64,000 bases of DNA from NCBI RefSeq assembly GCF_033153115.1, contig NW_026889796.1, positions 6,758,001-6,822,000 on the forward strand, in the 5' to 3' direction. Shown here in pieces: positions 46,126 to 59,739 of this stretch (its first letter is position 1; each line of letters opens with the position of its first letter). The notes under the pieces were generated by a model. The model was not told the DNA's origin, searched no databases, and saw only the letters and a list, made by a program, of their open reading frames with translations. This DNA comes from Saccostrea echinata (taxonomy: Eukaryota). The translations under genes were made by a program, and so were the position numbers.

Positions 46126-47837
46126 GAATGTTTAATAGCGTATAGTAAAATGAACACTAAACTTTTTGTAATGGGGAATGTAATCGTGCATTCAGAATAA
46201 AGGGATATCTTCACACCGTGATTGATTCCAAAAGTAAACCGCAGTGTTGTAGATAATCTTTTAAAAATTTCTGAAAAGTAATCTTTTGCCACCATTAATC
46301 ACTTGATGACGACACAGCATTGCTGTTCACCAGAATATTGGACAGAAAAATCGACAACTCGGCAAAATAAGGGGTGGATTTGGCCTGATAACACAGAGCT
46401 ATAAAGAAAGAAATTTTTTTTACAACCGTGATAGCTATAGAATGGTGGGGATATAAATTGTCGTTACTGGTCGTCATTCCCTCCGATTTATTGAAATTCA
46501 TAACTATACTCATAACTACATGTATGTGTATAGAAGCAAAAACTTGTAAACATATGTATACAAAATATATATGTATAATCATATATGCAAAGACAGAAAA
46601 TTAAGTATTTAAAAAAGGTGAGGTGAGGTACGTCGAAAGTTAATTATTTACTATAGTATATTAATCTCACTTCCTGTACTTTTACACAGTTTTTTGCGCA
46701 TACTAGTATTTGTTAAATGCATTGGACTTTTCTATTTAATTAAATGCACTGTTTCGTTTAAGCTTTGAATATAACAATTCAAAAGGCATTTCCTTTGTGA
46801 AGAATTCAGCAGTAAACAGGGGGATCAGATTTAAAAAATAAAAACAACCTATTATTGTGTACAGTGTATGTGATAGAAATAACGTAGACTCTGTCTATAT
46901 AGATCACAAAAAAACCCAATCTTGATTTTTTAAAAAAATGACTACGTACATTATGAAGTCCTTGACTTTTGCAAAAATAAAGTTTGATGAAAAGTAAAAC
47001 AATTTGGGGACCAAAAGCTACCAAGGACTTGAAAACAATGTATATGTTGTAATTCGATCATTTGATTCCGCATACAAATATCAGCTGAGAATCCTCATTT
47101 TTGCACCCCTCTTAACAGAAGAATGAGCACGGGTATCACTTACGGATCGTACGACTAAAACTGGTCTGATTTTGGGGGCTATTTTTTACAGCGTGGTTAT
47201 AGTATATTCTGGTTTAATCCGGAGGAGAACAAGAGTTGTGATAAGTCCATTACAGACGTCTCCATTGTGAACATAGCTCAAAGAGGTCAAAATTAATCCG
47301 GGGTAGAAACGACAAATACCACTTTCTTCAAACATTTCCATTACCAAGGTAAGATCTTTACAAGTAGAAAAGTGCTCGAGGCACATTCAGATGCTTGCAA
47401 TGTGCATTGTAGTGCGTTGACACAATTTATGTACAATTAATCGTTAGTGAAAGTCTGCATGATATTTCCGTAAACTTTAACAGCAAAGAAATTACCACAT
47501 ATTGAGTTTTTTGGTATTTTTTTCAAGAAAAGGAATGTCATACATTTTTAATTCCTAGGAGATTGTTCAAACTCGTGTTCGATCCACTTCGATACATTTT
47601 ACAAGCTGAGCTGAGTTTGGATAGTAAACAATAAACACCTCATGTATAAACATAGATAATCATTATCTCGAGCCAGTTCTCTTTGTCTGAGCTCGAGGTA
47701 CTTCTTATTCTCTCAAATATTGATGTAACTTTTGCAAAGGATAATTGTGGAGCAGTATCTCGTCAATATATTGTCTTTAACCTTGTTTTGTTAACTTTTT
47801 TCTCTTTTGTTGTTTGAAGGATAAAATTAGTATTACA

Positions 47838-50800
47838 ATGGAAGAACATCGAAGATTTTCCTGCATGACCGTAAAGGGTAAGTGTCCTACTCATATACCA
47901 ATTTTATCCGGGCAAAGACCTATACTGAAATTTGAATCCTATGTCTTAATTTTAAAGTTAGTGATTTAAAGGAAATTTGTATAACCGAAACCTGTCTCTT
48001 GTAGCAATGATATTTTTCTGAAGTAATGTCCAGTACAAGAAATTTAAAGGCTTCGTGTTACATTGCAAATGTAATCATTATATGTATCGAAGCATTTTGA
48101 TTTTATATCACAATGTTTCAATGATTTTAGTATACAAAACTTGGAATAATTTCCATACCTAGTTCGATTTTTGTTTCTTTGTAAATGTTTCTTTTCTATT
48201 TTAAAAGCTCGAAGAAAACATTAATTGTTTCTTAAATACATGTATACTGAAAGTTGCTTGCTGCAGAAAAAAGGAAGTTGATTTTACTTTGACCGTTTCC
48301 TCCTCAGAATTATAGGTGAAAATAGAAAAAAAAACAACTCTTTTTTTTGAGGGGGGGGGGTGTCCTTTCGTATATCATATAATTATATTTACGTGAATTC
48401 TAACATTAGGCGCTCTATAAATATTTGAAATTACATGTACTAATTCCACTTGTTTTGAAATACAAGTGCTATTTTCTGTATAAATTTGCGAATTCCTGGA
48501 TATTCCTGAAATACGTACTTTGGAAGTAGATTATTTTGATAAAGAAATAATGACAGCAATACAACAATTTTTAAATCAAAGATTAAACAATACAAAACAA
48601 TGGCTCATATTCATTTCAAGATTTTAGGTTAGCAAAATAAAACCGGTACCACTGTGACCGTCTCTAGCTGATACTATGATATTAGAAAATGTTAAATATT
48701 AAAGACAATGTATCTTTCAAGAATAATCCGTTTATTTTCTCTACCCAAAATTTACACACCCAGGTTATGACAACAATTGAAAATTTGCATTATGTCACAT
48801 GGCTAAGAACACGAGTAATAATACCCCATCGTGTCTTAGAAAAGTCTGAGAGACGCATACCATGTAATTTGTGTACATAAGATCAGAATAAATAAATGGG
48901 ACATTCTTAAGAATTAACGCCGCCAGTAACAGGAGTTTTGAAAGTGTCCCTCTCGGGGCAAAAGAGGGATTGTTTGCGTTTCTCGTGTGTTTGTAAACAT
49001 TTGGTAATCTCACCAATAACACAAACATATTCAATGTGACCTTTTTTTGTTTGCGACGGAAAAAGTTAAGGGGATTAATAATAGAAAGGAGGGGGTAGGA
49101 ATTGCCGTAAATATTGAATCCCATGCAGTTTTATCTCAGACACGTCGATTGCTGAATGATAAACGTGAAAAAAGGATAACTCGAAATAGAGATTCAGCTC
49201 TGGTATGTATAATGTTCTAGACAATCTTATCAGGGAAAGAGGGAGAGAATGTTAGATATAATAATTCGGTCTTTTAGTTGCCATTAATTAGACATAGTGT
49301 TCCCAGAAATTATTGAGGATTTTTTCGAGATTTTTTTTTTCAAAATATTTTAAAAATAAAATATTTATAGTTTAAAATCAGTTTTTTTTAATCAAATGAC
49401 AATACTTGCTACTTTCTAATTTTATATGCTGTTTTCACGAATAACTCTCCGTTTTCTTTGTATACTACCGGTCGAATGCTAATGTTCAAATTAAGTGCTT
49501 TTGAATAAAGAAAGTCTATATTGTAGATGCTTATTATCAAAGAATTGCAAAACTAGTGATACTACTGTAGCACTGAGTATTCCACTGTCTATTATTGATT
49601 CACATGGGACAAAATATTGAAAAATGGAAAGGAATTCGACTGAGCGAAAGAGCTGGCAGGGCTAGGAATGAAACCCCATTTTTCTACATTTAGTGTTGCT
49701 CTAACTGAGCAAATATCCAACCCTTTTCTGATCTGTAAAATGTTAGTTAACTAGGCCTACAAACTCTTTTCCTATAAACTGAATTCCTCTTCTTTTTTAA
49801 TATTTTGTACCACACAATGCAAAGTAGACTGTGAAATATTCGGTGTTTCAGAAATATCTCAAGATTTCACCATCCTTTACTGCTATTTATACATTAATTG
49901 AATAGGCTTTAAATTTAAAAAAACAGTAATTTTGAACATCAACAGACAGAAGGAAGTATCACTGGAGGATTTAGAGGGGGCGGGGGGCCTGAACCCCCCT
50001 TTGTGTCCAAAATATATAATACATAAGATTTGATAAATATTTTTTTTTGGTGTGACCCAGACCCCAATCTGCCCCCCCCCTTTTTCAAGATTCCTAGATC
50101 CGCCACTGAGTATATAAAATAAATAGGAGGTTATCCATGAAAACTGCATGTATCATAAGAAAGAAGGGGGTATTGTCATAAAATAAAAATAGTACCATTA
50201 AATTATATTATTTGTTATTCATCCATTATTTTAGATAAATGTATTATAAAAATTCTCAATAATTTCTGGGAACACTGTAAAAAAAAATTTCTCTTTCAAG
50301 ATTAATTTATATACCAAGCAAAATTTATTACCGGGATAATTTGCTTAAAAAAAAAGAAAATTGAAATATCTAAATCTAATATGTTACCAGAACCTAAACG
50401 CCTAATTCATAAAAGTCTTTGAATTAAAATATATATATATGGAATATTGCGAATATGAACTCAGTATAACATTAATTTTAATGATACATGTATATATATG
50501 GAATATTGCGAATATGAACTCAGTATAACATTAATTCTAATGATTTTTAACTTTATTTCATAACATTTCCCGAGAGATGTACTTCATCAATATATAAGTA
50601 TAGTTATCCACAGTAGCTCCCTATTGCTACTACATATCCTGCTTCTTCCGTAATGAAACATATTAGTACACGGACATTGTGACAAATTATCAAGTCGTTA
50701 TATTCTCAATGAGTAAAATTCATAAACAGGGCCTTTTGGGAAGGATGCCATTTGTAAATAATCTAATTGTTTCAAAATATGTTGGTATACTAGTACATAA

Positions 50801-51124
50801 GGAGGTAAGTATTACATGCAGCATTTATACTAATGGTGATACCGTAATTGTTTTTCTTTTGTTATTTCTTTGTGTCGGTTACTGAAATTATTGCCAAAAT
50901 TGTCATAACTCTGTACTCATTTGTCAATCAAGTTAAACAGTGTAAAAGCTCGAGATTTTTGGGAGGTACATTTTTGAACTTATGGAATTTTGCCTCTTTC
51001 AAAGGGTGTTGATTAAAATGGGACCCCCTTTGAGAAATTTTTGTCTCTGTTGATGAAAAAATAAATATTTTCCTCATTGTTAATTATACATTACGGAGAT
51101 GTTATTTGGGAGTTGAAGTATTAG

Positions 51125-51168
<44 letters not shown>

Positions 51169-52494
51169 GAGCCCTGGTATGTTTTCCTAAATATATTTCT
51201 TCTTCACTTCAAGTTATTTTATTGTAAAAGAAAAAACTATAGTCGTCATTAGTCATAATGAAAAGGAGAAAGAAATGGTTGAACTGCAAAACATTTTACA
51301 ATATCATATTACTTATTTTCAGAACACGATATATATGAATTAAAAGAGAAAATGAAGTCAATGGCCAAAAGTTCATCGACAGAGATAATCATGAATGACG
51401 AGTCATCGCCGACACAAAGAAAATCAGGAATCTTTAGTCGGATGAAAAAGAAGCTTGCAATGAATTCTAGTCTTTCCAGCGTTCAGTCCTCATCTTCCAT
51501 AGGGAGCGGCATCGATGCTCTCGGTGCATCACCATTCGAAAACTATCTTGATTTATCTTCTGATAGCTCCAGCGAAGAAGAAGATTGTCACGTGACTGAA
51601 AATCCAGATGGTCACGTGAACGCAATTTTCACATTTGATAACGATTCTTACCTTCGTGCAAATTTGGTAAAAATTTTCGGATGTGAGGGTAAACAGAAAG
51701 GTTGTTTCAAAGATGCAACTGATGTGCAGAGTTTGGGCAGGGGAAAGTGTATAGTGACCGACATGATCAATGGACGAATTTCGACCTTCAACCGAGAAGG
51801 GCGACCCAAAATCATAAGATGCAGCTGGGTACTGAAAGAGCCCTGGGCCACAGCTGTAATCTCAGAGAATAAAATCGCTGTCACATCTAGAAAAGACAAA
51901 AATGTATCAATTATTTCAATGCATGGTGATGTTCTGTTCTCTTTTGGAAGCAACTTCTTTCAGTGCCCTTGTGGTGTAGCGGTAGATAAAATTGGTCGTT
52001 TTATAGTATCTGATGTGTTATCTAATGACGTGTCTGTCTTTTCTCCTGAGGGAAAATGGTTGTTTAATCTTGGAGACCCATTGTCACCTATTCAACAGTT
52101 CAAATCCCCCCGCTATGTACATATCAACATCAATGGCGATATTATTGTGTCTGACTCTGGAAATCATTGCGTCAAAGTCTTTAATGAACATGGTAACTTC
52201 AAATTCTCATTTGGACAATTTGGTCGACAGGAAGGAGCATTTAAGTCTCCTTATGGAGTGACATCTGATGGAGAAGGAAACATCATTGTTGCAGATCATT
52301 ATAATGATCGTGTTGCATTATTCTCAAGCAAGGGGGAATTCCTAAGGAACCTTGTTTCAGCGGAAGACGGGTTGTTGCATCCACAGGGGGTAGGACTATC
52401 TAGTGACATGCATTTGTTTGTCACTCATGGAAAAATGAAAGCTACAGAAGTAATAGTTTATTCATTTAATGACAATCATAACGAAGTCTCTTGA
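47838..52494 (+). CDS. NHL-repeat beta-propeller protein (TRIM2/3/71-like NHL domain, no RING or B-box seen), about 403 aa
   Basis: Main exon 51323-52494 contains the 380-aa ORF with six blades (FKDATDV, LKEPWATAV, FQCPCGVAVD, FKSPRYVHIN, FKSPYGVTSD, LLHPQGVGLS). A likely upstream coding exon 47838-47877 (MEEHRRFSCMTVK, GTAAGT donor) joins in frame at the 51322 acceptor; this exon is less certain than the main ORF. Confidence 0.85.
49960..50108. mobile_element. 149-bp MITE with 5-bp TSD
   Basis: CACTGGAGGATTTAG versus reverse complement CAGTGGCGGATCTAG; AGTAT flanks both ends. Confidence 0.75.
50432..50544. repeat. Tandem duplication, 59-bp period
   Basis: TATATATATGGAATATTGCGAATATGAACTCAGTATAACATTAATTYTAATGAT occurs twice. 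Confidence 0.9.
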
Positions 52495-52928
52495 CTTTTA
52501 AAACTTTTATCAATCAAGTTCCTAATAAATCTCGAATTGTTAACTTTATGACTAGACAATTTATATATACATCATGTACATAAACAACAGATTATAGTTA
52601 GGCTGGAGTGTTCTTATTGACAATGATTGGGAAAGTAAATACACTCCACAGAAACTCGGTTTTGTCATGTACATATCATTTTAGTATATAAGATTTGTTG
52701 ATTCTGATGTTCTAGTCAAACCATGCTTACGTAGTTATATGTGTACCTTAAGTATTATGTTTGAAATCAAGTGTTTGAACATCCAAAATAAACAGTCTCT
52801 TAAAAAATCCTTGTACTGTTCAGTTGATTAAATTTTTGAAATAACAAAAATATTATTGTCAACTCAATCAAAACATTTTTTTGAGACATCAAAAGGCCAA
52901 GTAAAGTTTTGGTATGTGAAATTTACAA

Positions 52929-54199
52929 TTTTTATGCCCCTGTCATAAAATGGCCGGGGACATTTAGTGTTACCCTTCTTTCCCCGTCATTCCGTCATCA
53001 TTGACTTTCCGTTCATTATCTCGGCAACAGTTGCATACATTCAACTCACATTTGACATATCATTACGTGTTAGAAACAAGCAGGTCACGTTCGAATTTGG
53101 TCATGGTCCGATGATTTTTGACAGAGTTATCCCTCTTGAACTTAGAAAAGAAATAAGAAATTTTCAGTTTCCACTCTCTAACTTTTGTAGGGATGTATGT
53201 GTAAGGTTGAAATTGCATGTGCAGGTATTTTACCAGAAAATACAGATCAAGATTGAATTTGGTCGTGGTCCGATGATATTTGACAGAGTTATCCCTCTTG
53301 AACTTTGAAAAAATAAGAGTTTTTAGTTTCCGCTCTCTGACTTTTGTAGGGATGTATGTATAATTTTGGAATTGCATATGCAGGTATTAAGGTTAAAATT
53401 GCTTATGCAGGTATTTCATAAAAAAATACAGGTGAAGTTAGAATTTGGTCGTTGTTCAATGATTTTTGACAGAGTTATCCCTCATGAACTTAGAAAAACA
53501 TAAGATTTTTTTTTTAGTTTCCGCTCTTTTACTCTTGTAGGGATGTATGTATAAGGAATGGAATTGCTTGTGCAGGTATTTTACCGGTAAATACAGATCA
53601 AGTTTGAATTTAGTTGAGATTCGATGATTTTTGACAGAGTTATCCCTCTGAATTTAGAAAAAAATAAGAAATTTTCAGTTTTCGCCCTCTAATATTTGTA
53701 GGGATGTATGTATTAAGCTGATATTGCATATGCAAGTATTTTACCAGAAAATATAGGTCAAGTTCGAATTTGGTCGTTGTCCGATGATTGCTGACAAAGT
53801 TATCAAGTTTGAACTTAGAAAAAATAAGAAATTTTCAGTTCCTGCTCTCTAACTTTGGAAGGGATGTATGTATAGGGTTTAAATTGCATATGCAGGTATT
53901 TTACCAGATAATACAGGTCAAGCAAGTTTGAATTTGGTCGAGGTTTAATGAATTTTGACAGAGTTATCCCTCTTGAACTTAGGAATAAAAAAGAAATTTT
54001 TAATTTCCGCTCTCTTACTTTTGTAAGGATGTATGTATAAGGTTGGAATTGCATATGCAGGTATTTTACCAGAAAATACAGGTCAAGTTTGAATTTGATC
54101 GTGGTCTGATGGTTTTTGACAGTTATCTCCTTTGAACTTGGAAAAGATATAAAAATGGCTACCTGCGGGGGGATTCGTGGCGTTACGATACATCTAGTT
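52929..54199 (+). mobile_element. Non-autonomous Helentron-type element with ~165-bp satellite array
   Basis: Starts TTTTTATGCCCC..GGGGACAT. Seven units with GATTTTTGACAGAGTTATCCCTCTTGAACTT. Ends GCGGGGGGATTCGTGGCGTTACGATACATCTAGTT. Confidence 0.8.
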
Positions 54200-54789
54200 A
54201 TTATCTAGCTTTAATTTTAGGATATACATGTAGTTTTAAATTATATTTGAAAACATTTCAATAATTTTTGTACCAGCTTCATAATTAATTCACTTGCGAT
54301 CTATGTTTTATAAAGCAAAAAAGTATCTAAAATTCCATAATCAGCGAGGAAATTCGACATTTTTTCTTTTATCTAGTTCTCTGGTAATGAAAATCAATGC
54401 TAGTTGTGATCCAAGCATCCTTGTACAAACTATTGCAATGGGTAATTGTTGTCCTTTAACATTCCTAGTTCTTTGAATATTGTAACTTTTTGCAGTTAAA
54501 TCCACATGCAATTGAAACTAGATGCTTTCATAAGAGATACCTGCACTAGTATGCTTCTAAATGTATTCTCCCTCATATCTAGAGAAGAACCAGTAATATT
54601 TGTTTTATAATTTGCAGAAAATAACATGTATATATAATTGAGCATAAAATGTTCATGGGAACATGTGGCCAATGGACCTCTTATTATAGTGTGTGAGTAT
54701 GTATTAGTATACAAGCAATAAAAAGATTATATAAGAGTATGAAATTAAGAATTTATATGAAGCATATTCTCTGTTTAAATCTGAGTTTT

Positions 54790-55520
54790 GGAATGTAAAG
54801 GCTTTAATGTAAAATGATGTTTTATATTATCTGGCCCAATTGGTCTCCTGGACGAGAACAGTAATTTCAAAACCTTATAGCATATTTACAGCACACCTTG
54901 TGGCATATTAACATGACATCAGAAATCCAAAATTTCAAAATGTGATTTGGCTACTGACTGAATTTTAAGTGCTGTTCTGGGAACATGGTTTTTTGTAGCA
55001 TAAAGTTGTTTATGGGCCCTCTATTGGCCTCTCAGATGAAAATGAACATTCCGAAATCATACTGCACATCTACAAGACACCACCAATCATGTTTCAAAAA
55101 ATATTTTGCATGATTAAAATATAAGAGGCTTTTTGGGAACCAGAAATTTTGTAGGAAAAAAAGGTTTTCTGCCCCAAGTTTGCCCTATGAATGAAAAGAA
55201 ATTCCGAAACCTTATTATACATCTACAGGACGCTACCATTCATATTCCAAAAATGATTTGACTTGAATGGGCAAATGCATGAGTTCTGGAAAACAGGTTT
55301 TTGCAGAAAAAACGTTTTTCATTCTTCGATTGTCGCCCTGGATAAAAATGGATATTCCAAAACCTTACTGCACATCTACAGGACACCTCCAAGCACGTTC
55401 TAAAAGATGAATGGCTCTGCTAAAAATGTTAGAGGAATCCGAGAAAAAAAGTTTGACAGTCGGGCAGATCAGGATAACAGCAATTTACCTGAACTTTCTT
55501 TAGAAAGTACGATTATAAAA
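54790..55520. repeat. Old degenerate tandem array, ~170-180 bp period (probably Helentron-borne)
   Basis: TTCCGAAACCTTACTGCACATCTACAGGACACC variants at about 54866, 55049, 55202 and 55355. Confidence 0.6.
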
Positions 55521-56039
55521 ACAATATTTTCTTTTGCCTAAGTTTTTCTTATAATGAAATCAAAGAAACAGCAATAATTGCAACGTAGTCTTTCTCTTAA
55601 ATCAAGCATTTTTCTTTTACATTAACATTAAAAAAAACTTTTTTCTTACTGTAGGTTTTAAATTTTGCAAAATTACTTTATTTGTAATCACAAAAATGAT
55701 GAAGATAACTTGTGTTTATTATTTACTCTTTTCATTCGCATGACAATGTTTGTTAAAGAATTTATTTTGACTTAATATGAACCTCAAAAACTCATGTAAA
55801 ATTATCTGTATACACATTGAGTTATTTTTCTTTGTTTACTAGAAAATCATAAAAATAATTTTCTTCATTCTCGTCTTCAAAATTTAAATGATTCCTCCTA
55901 TTTCATTGCAAATCTTTCTTCTAAATTCTACATAGCTTTACATGACTGAAAGACAAGCAAAAAACTCGCTGACAAACCCCAACTTTCTTTGGTGGAGGTA
56001 ATAGCAACCAATTAGGATAACAGATTGAACAAGGGTAAT

Positions 56040-57880
56040 ATAATCATAGATATTTATACCCCAAAATTTCTTTAAAAAAATGAATTCGGTTGTTTTGTTG
56101 AAATCCTGGTCCGCCTATCCCTCTTTTACACTCTTTTCCCTCAAACTCATTACATCTTAAACAGGAGCCAATTTATGTTTTGGAATATGATAGGTGGTTT
56201 CCTGTAAATGTGCAATAAGGTTTAAGGAAATTAATTCTTAGATTGGGAGCCAATTGTGGGGTGGAAAAACGACGTTTTTCTACTTAAAACTGGTTTTCAG
56301 AACTCATATGCTACACAGAAGCCAAATTATCTATTGGCATATGATTGATGGTTGGTGGCGTACATGTATTTTAGATGTACAATGAAGTTTACAGTTGGGC
56401 CAATTGGGGATCAAGAAACGATGTTTTTCTATTAAGAAAGTATGTTTCCAGACTTCCTCTTACATTTTAAGCAGTTACCAAATTATCTTATGGAATATTA
56501 TTGTTGTGTCCTGTAGATATGAAATAAGATTTTGGAATTTTCTAGGGTTGACAATCGACCAATTTTTAGTAGCCGGTTACTTGCCTGCATTTCCGATCGA
56601 GTACTCGAGTGCTTGGTCATTATTGAAGAAAAAAAAATCAAAATTTAAATCTATTCATCTTTACGATTGTATATTGTTCTTTTTGATTAAACGTAGTATC
56701 AGCGTCTTAATGCCTACGTTAATTTAGTCGTATTAAGGTAAATTTTAAATATTTTTAATAGATATTAATACACTAAGTATGATAAACGAATGGAAATTTT
56801 GTATGATTATCAATATCAAATCAAATTCATGTCATGAATTTTAATATTCCTGTTCTCGCAGCAGCATGTTAACCATAACTATCTATCAGCTATATGGCTC
56901 GCTTTTTTTGTTTGCACAGCGGAGAATATAGAAAATTTAGAACAACTACATGAATCGCGATTTTTTTTGTTTTGTTTTTTGGCTGATCGAGCGGAGAATT
57001 TGAAAAAAAGTTTAAAACAGTTCTCTGGTTTTACTTCGATGTCACTTTGCTTGATATGTTTATGATTTAACATATTATTTTTCTCTCCCATGTAAGTAAA
57101 TTCAGCTTCACAGAGTTGACATTTTATGGATTTAGAAGTGCCGGTTCTTTTAAAATACTCCCTCATTTAAGAAGCAATTTTGCTACTTAGTAATAAAGAA
57201 ACTATATTGATTAAATGAATTTCAAATGTGATTTCGAATCATGACGTGTCCCTTGCTTTAAACAAAACAATGAACTGACTGAGGTGGTAATGAGTTTTAA
57301 TTGTGAAAATATGGCATGATCTTAAATCCACGCAAGGTAATTGAGATAAAGGAAAGGTGATCTCTGAAAGTAGTCTGTTATTTGACAAATAACGATAACC
57401 ATCCATAAATATATTGCATGATTTTATTTTTTCCAAGAACCGGAATACTATTTTTAGTATTCGATACTTTCGACGAGTACTCGAGTAACCTGTTACCTAC
57501 TGACAACCCTAGAATTTTCGTTTTACCTAAGGGCCAATAGGAGATCAAAATACGACGATTTTCTACGAAAACCTTGTTCTCAGAACTCTATTTACATTTT
57601 ATGTACTAGCTAATTTTTTTAAAAAAAAAAAAAAAATATTATTGCTTTTGTCCCGTTGATGTACAATGCGTTTTGAAATTTTTATTTTCAAAGAGGGTGT
57701 CAACTGGGGACCAAAAACTACATTCTTCTAAAACAACTTTGTTCCCCGAAGTCCCCTTATATTTAACACAGTAGCCAAGTCAACAGTTTGAATCTAAATC
57801 ATTCTCATTCAAAGTCCAGTTGGGTGCGATATTTATTTTTTGAATACAAAAAGTTTTCCCCCAAACTCCTTATTATGCTT
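56040..57880. repeat. Old degenerate ~150-bp tandem array interrupted by a hAT element
   Basis: GGGCCAATTGGGGATCAAAAAACGACGTTTTTCTA..TTCTCAGAACTC variants at about 56245, 56397, 57530 and 57700. Confidence 0.55.
56543..57511 (-). mobile_element. Internally deleted hAT transposon retaining a BED zinc-finger remnant
   Basis: TAGGGTTG..CAACCCTA termini. Perfect 8-bp TSD GAATTTTC (56535-56542 and 57512-57519). Subterminal CGAGTACTCG palindromes at both ends. ORF 57166-56879 REYFKRTGTSKSIKCQLCEAEFTYMGEKNNMLNH is BED-finger-like. Confidence 0.88.
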
Positions 57881-57975
57881 AATAAATTTGTTAACTTTCA
57901 GATTGGTAAAGAATTACCTAGTATTGTATGAAATATCAACATACGAGGTCCATGGGCTCCACGTTCTCTTGATCC

Positions 57976-58050
57976 AATCTCATTAAAACCAGCCCCCTTC
58001 TTCTATCGTATTGACAACGATAGGAGAAGAGGGCTGGTTTTAATCAGACT
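57976..58050. repeat. 75-bp hairpin mini-element
   Basis: ATTAAAACCAGCCCCCTTCTTCTATCGT-loop-ACGATAGGAGAAGAGGGCTGGTTTTAAT. Confidence 0.8.
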
Positions 58051-58435
58051 GCTCCTCATCGTGCTATGTAAATTATGGGAAAATATTGTTACTTCTTCAA
58101 TAGTTACCAAGGTACAAAGGGGACACATTTGTGTGCGGTTCTGTCTAATTACAACATATTCTCTACATTGTTCAGATTGTAAAATTAATTTTTTGGGAGT
58201 TGAGTTATGTTCAGTCTCCCTTAGTTACGAGTATCACGCAGTTTGTGCGCTTTATGAGCCAACTTACTCAGAGGTTTCCCCTAACAATCATATATGGGTA
58301 TGGATTATGCATCCGCTAAATAAATTAAAAACATTATCTGTCGATTTCATTCAGCATTTTAAAGAAAAAAGATTATATCGTACACGAAATTTTCTGTGTA
58401 AAAGTTTTATTCAGCTTTCATATTAATGTGCATCA

Positions 58436-58975
58436 ACGAAATGTGGAGATAACGAACAGTATTCAAGCTCAAAGTCTATTTAGACAATACAAATCGGGAG
58501 CAGAGCAAACACTGTCAGAGGTGGGATCAGGTGTAATGGAGGAGTGAGCATCCCCTGCCGACCGGTCACACCCGCCGTGTGCTCCTTGTCATGATCGTGT
58601 AAAACGGAAAAATCCGTAGACAATTCAGTGTGTAAATAATGGCCAAAGAATAAGTATGAAAAAGTCAGTCAGCATTTGACTTAAAGATAGGTTGTATTTG
58701 CTGACAAGACCATTGTATCGACCATAAAACTTGCAAAAGGATGACTTCAAATGAGACTGTTGATAATCCTTGTTTCATCGACTTGTTTGTCAATAGTTTG
58801 CCTCGTTTTAGAAATTGTTCATTCGTAGAGAATGCTCTTACGTATCGAATCAGCTGGGAGACAAATACCCCATATGCAGGTGATAAGCGTATATTACTAC
58901 ATACATGTAAGTATGGGAAGTTGACGATTGAAAAATTGAAGTCATCACGCATATCATAAAGCTTTGTCTTTAGGT
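58436..58975 (-). mobile_element. Penelope-like retroelement remnant (RT C-terminal part and tail)
   Basis: KTKLYDMRDDFNFSIVNFPYL..CSNIRLSPAYGVFVSQLIRY..QFLKRGKLLTNK. Tail GGGGATGCTCACTCCTCC..CACCTGATCCCACCT shared with about 60185-60220. Confidence 0.8.
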
Positions 58976-59553
58976 AATAAACCGTGATAAATATTTTGAC
59001 CTGATAATACCTTGGCATTGGACGGAGGAGCCCAGCACCGATGAGGAAGGGGGTTGAAGGTTAGGACTGACTGCGTAGCGTTCCCTTTTCTCTCGAATAC
59101 ATGTAATATGTTAACTTTTTTTTAATTACTGCGATGATAGATTGATTTTTTTCCCCTTAAAATTGTTGAAAAGTTCAACTATATATAAAGCTTTTAAAAT
59201 ATATGATATTTGTTTGCCCTACTGCATCCTTACTATGAGTTTGTTAATTCTACCCAAGATCATTTTTAAGAACTTTGTACATTTGCAACATATACCAATT
59301 TCTTTACCTTTAAAGATTTTAAGAACTCGCTAAAAATATAACCAGATAAGCACTGGAGACCAGGTCTTCCAGTTTTCTGTTGTAATTCAGATAGCACTAA
59401 TTATGCCCCCTTATCAGCCGTCCCGTTTTCATATTCTTATATTTACATTTCCAAATATTTTTCCTTAAGATTCTTTGCAAAATTGAAAAAGTTCACTTTT
59501 TCATAAACTGCAGTGGGATGAGTAATAATATTTCCATTGGAAAAATAATATAA

Positions 59554-59718
59554 TTAAGATCTGAATTTAATTTTTGAGAATTCATGAGGTACATGAACTA
59601 CAACGCTTCACCCCTGAATATTTTTCATGAAGCGCTAACGCGCTTCATAAAATATGCCGGCGTGAAGCGTCGTAGTTCATGTCCTCAAGAATCTTCAAAA
59701 ATCAAATTCATTTCTTAA
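59554..59718. repeat. 165-bp palindrome with central GCGC-TAAC-GCGC hairpin
   Basis: ACATGAACTACAACGCTTCAC..ATGAAGCGCTAACGCGCTTCAT..GTGAAGCGTCGTAGTTCATGT. Confidence 0.85.
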
Positions 59719-59739
59719 ATGAAAAATAATTTATTGAAA

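Noticed and set aside
49140-49202. 63-bp AG..GT cassette between the two NHL-gene exons
   Set aside because: Introduces TGA in the required phase; it could only be a non-coding or poison exon and has no further support.
52929-54199. CRISPR-like regularly spaced repeats (also the 22.3-23.4 kb array)
   Set aside because: Intervening sequences are homologous to each other rather than unique spacers; eukaryotic context and no cas genes.
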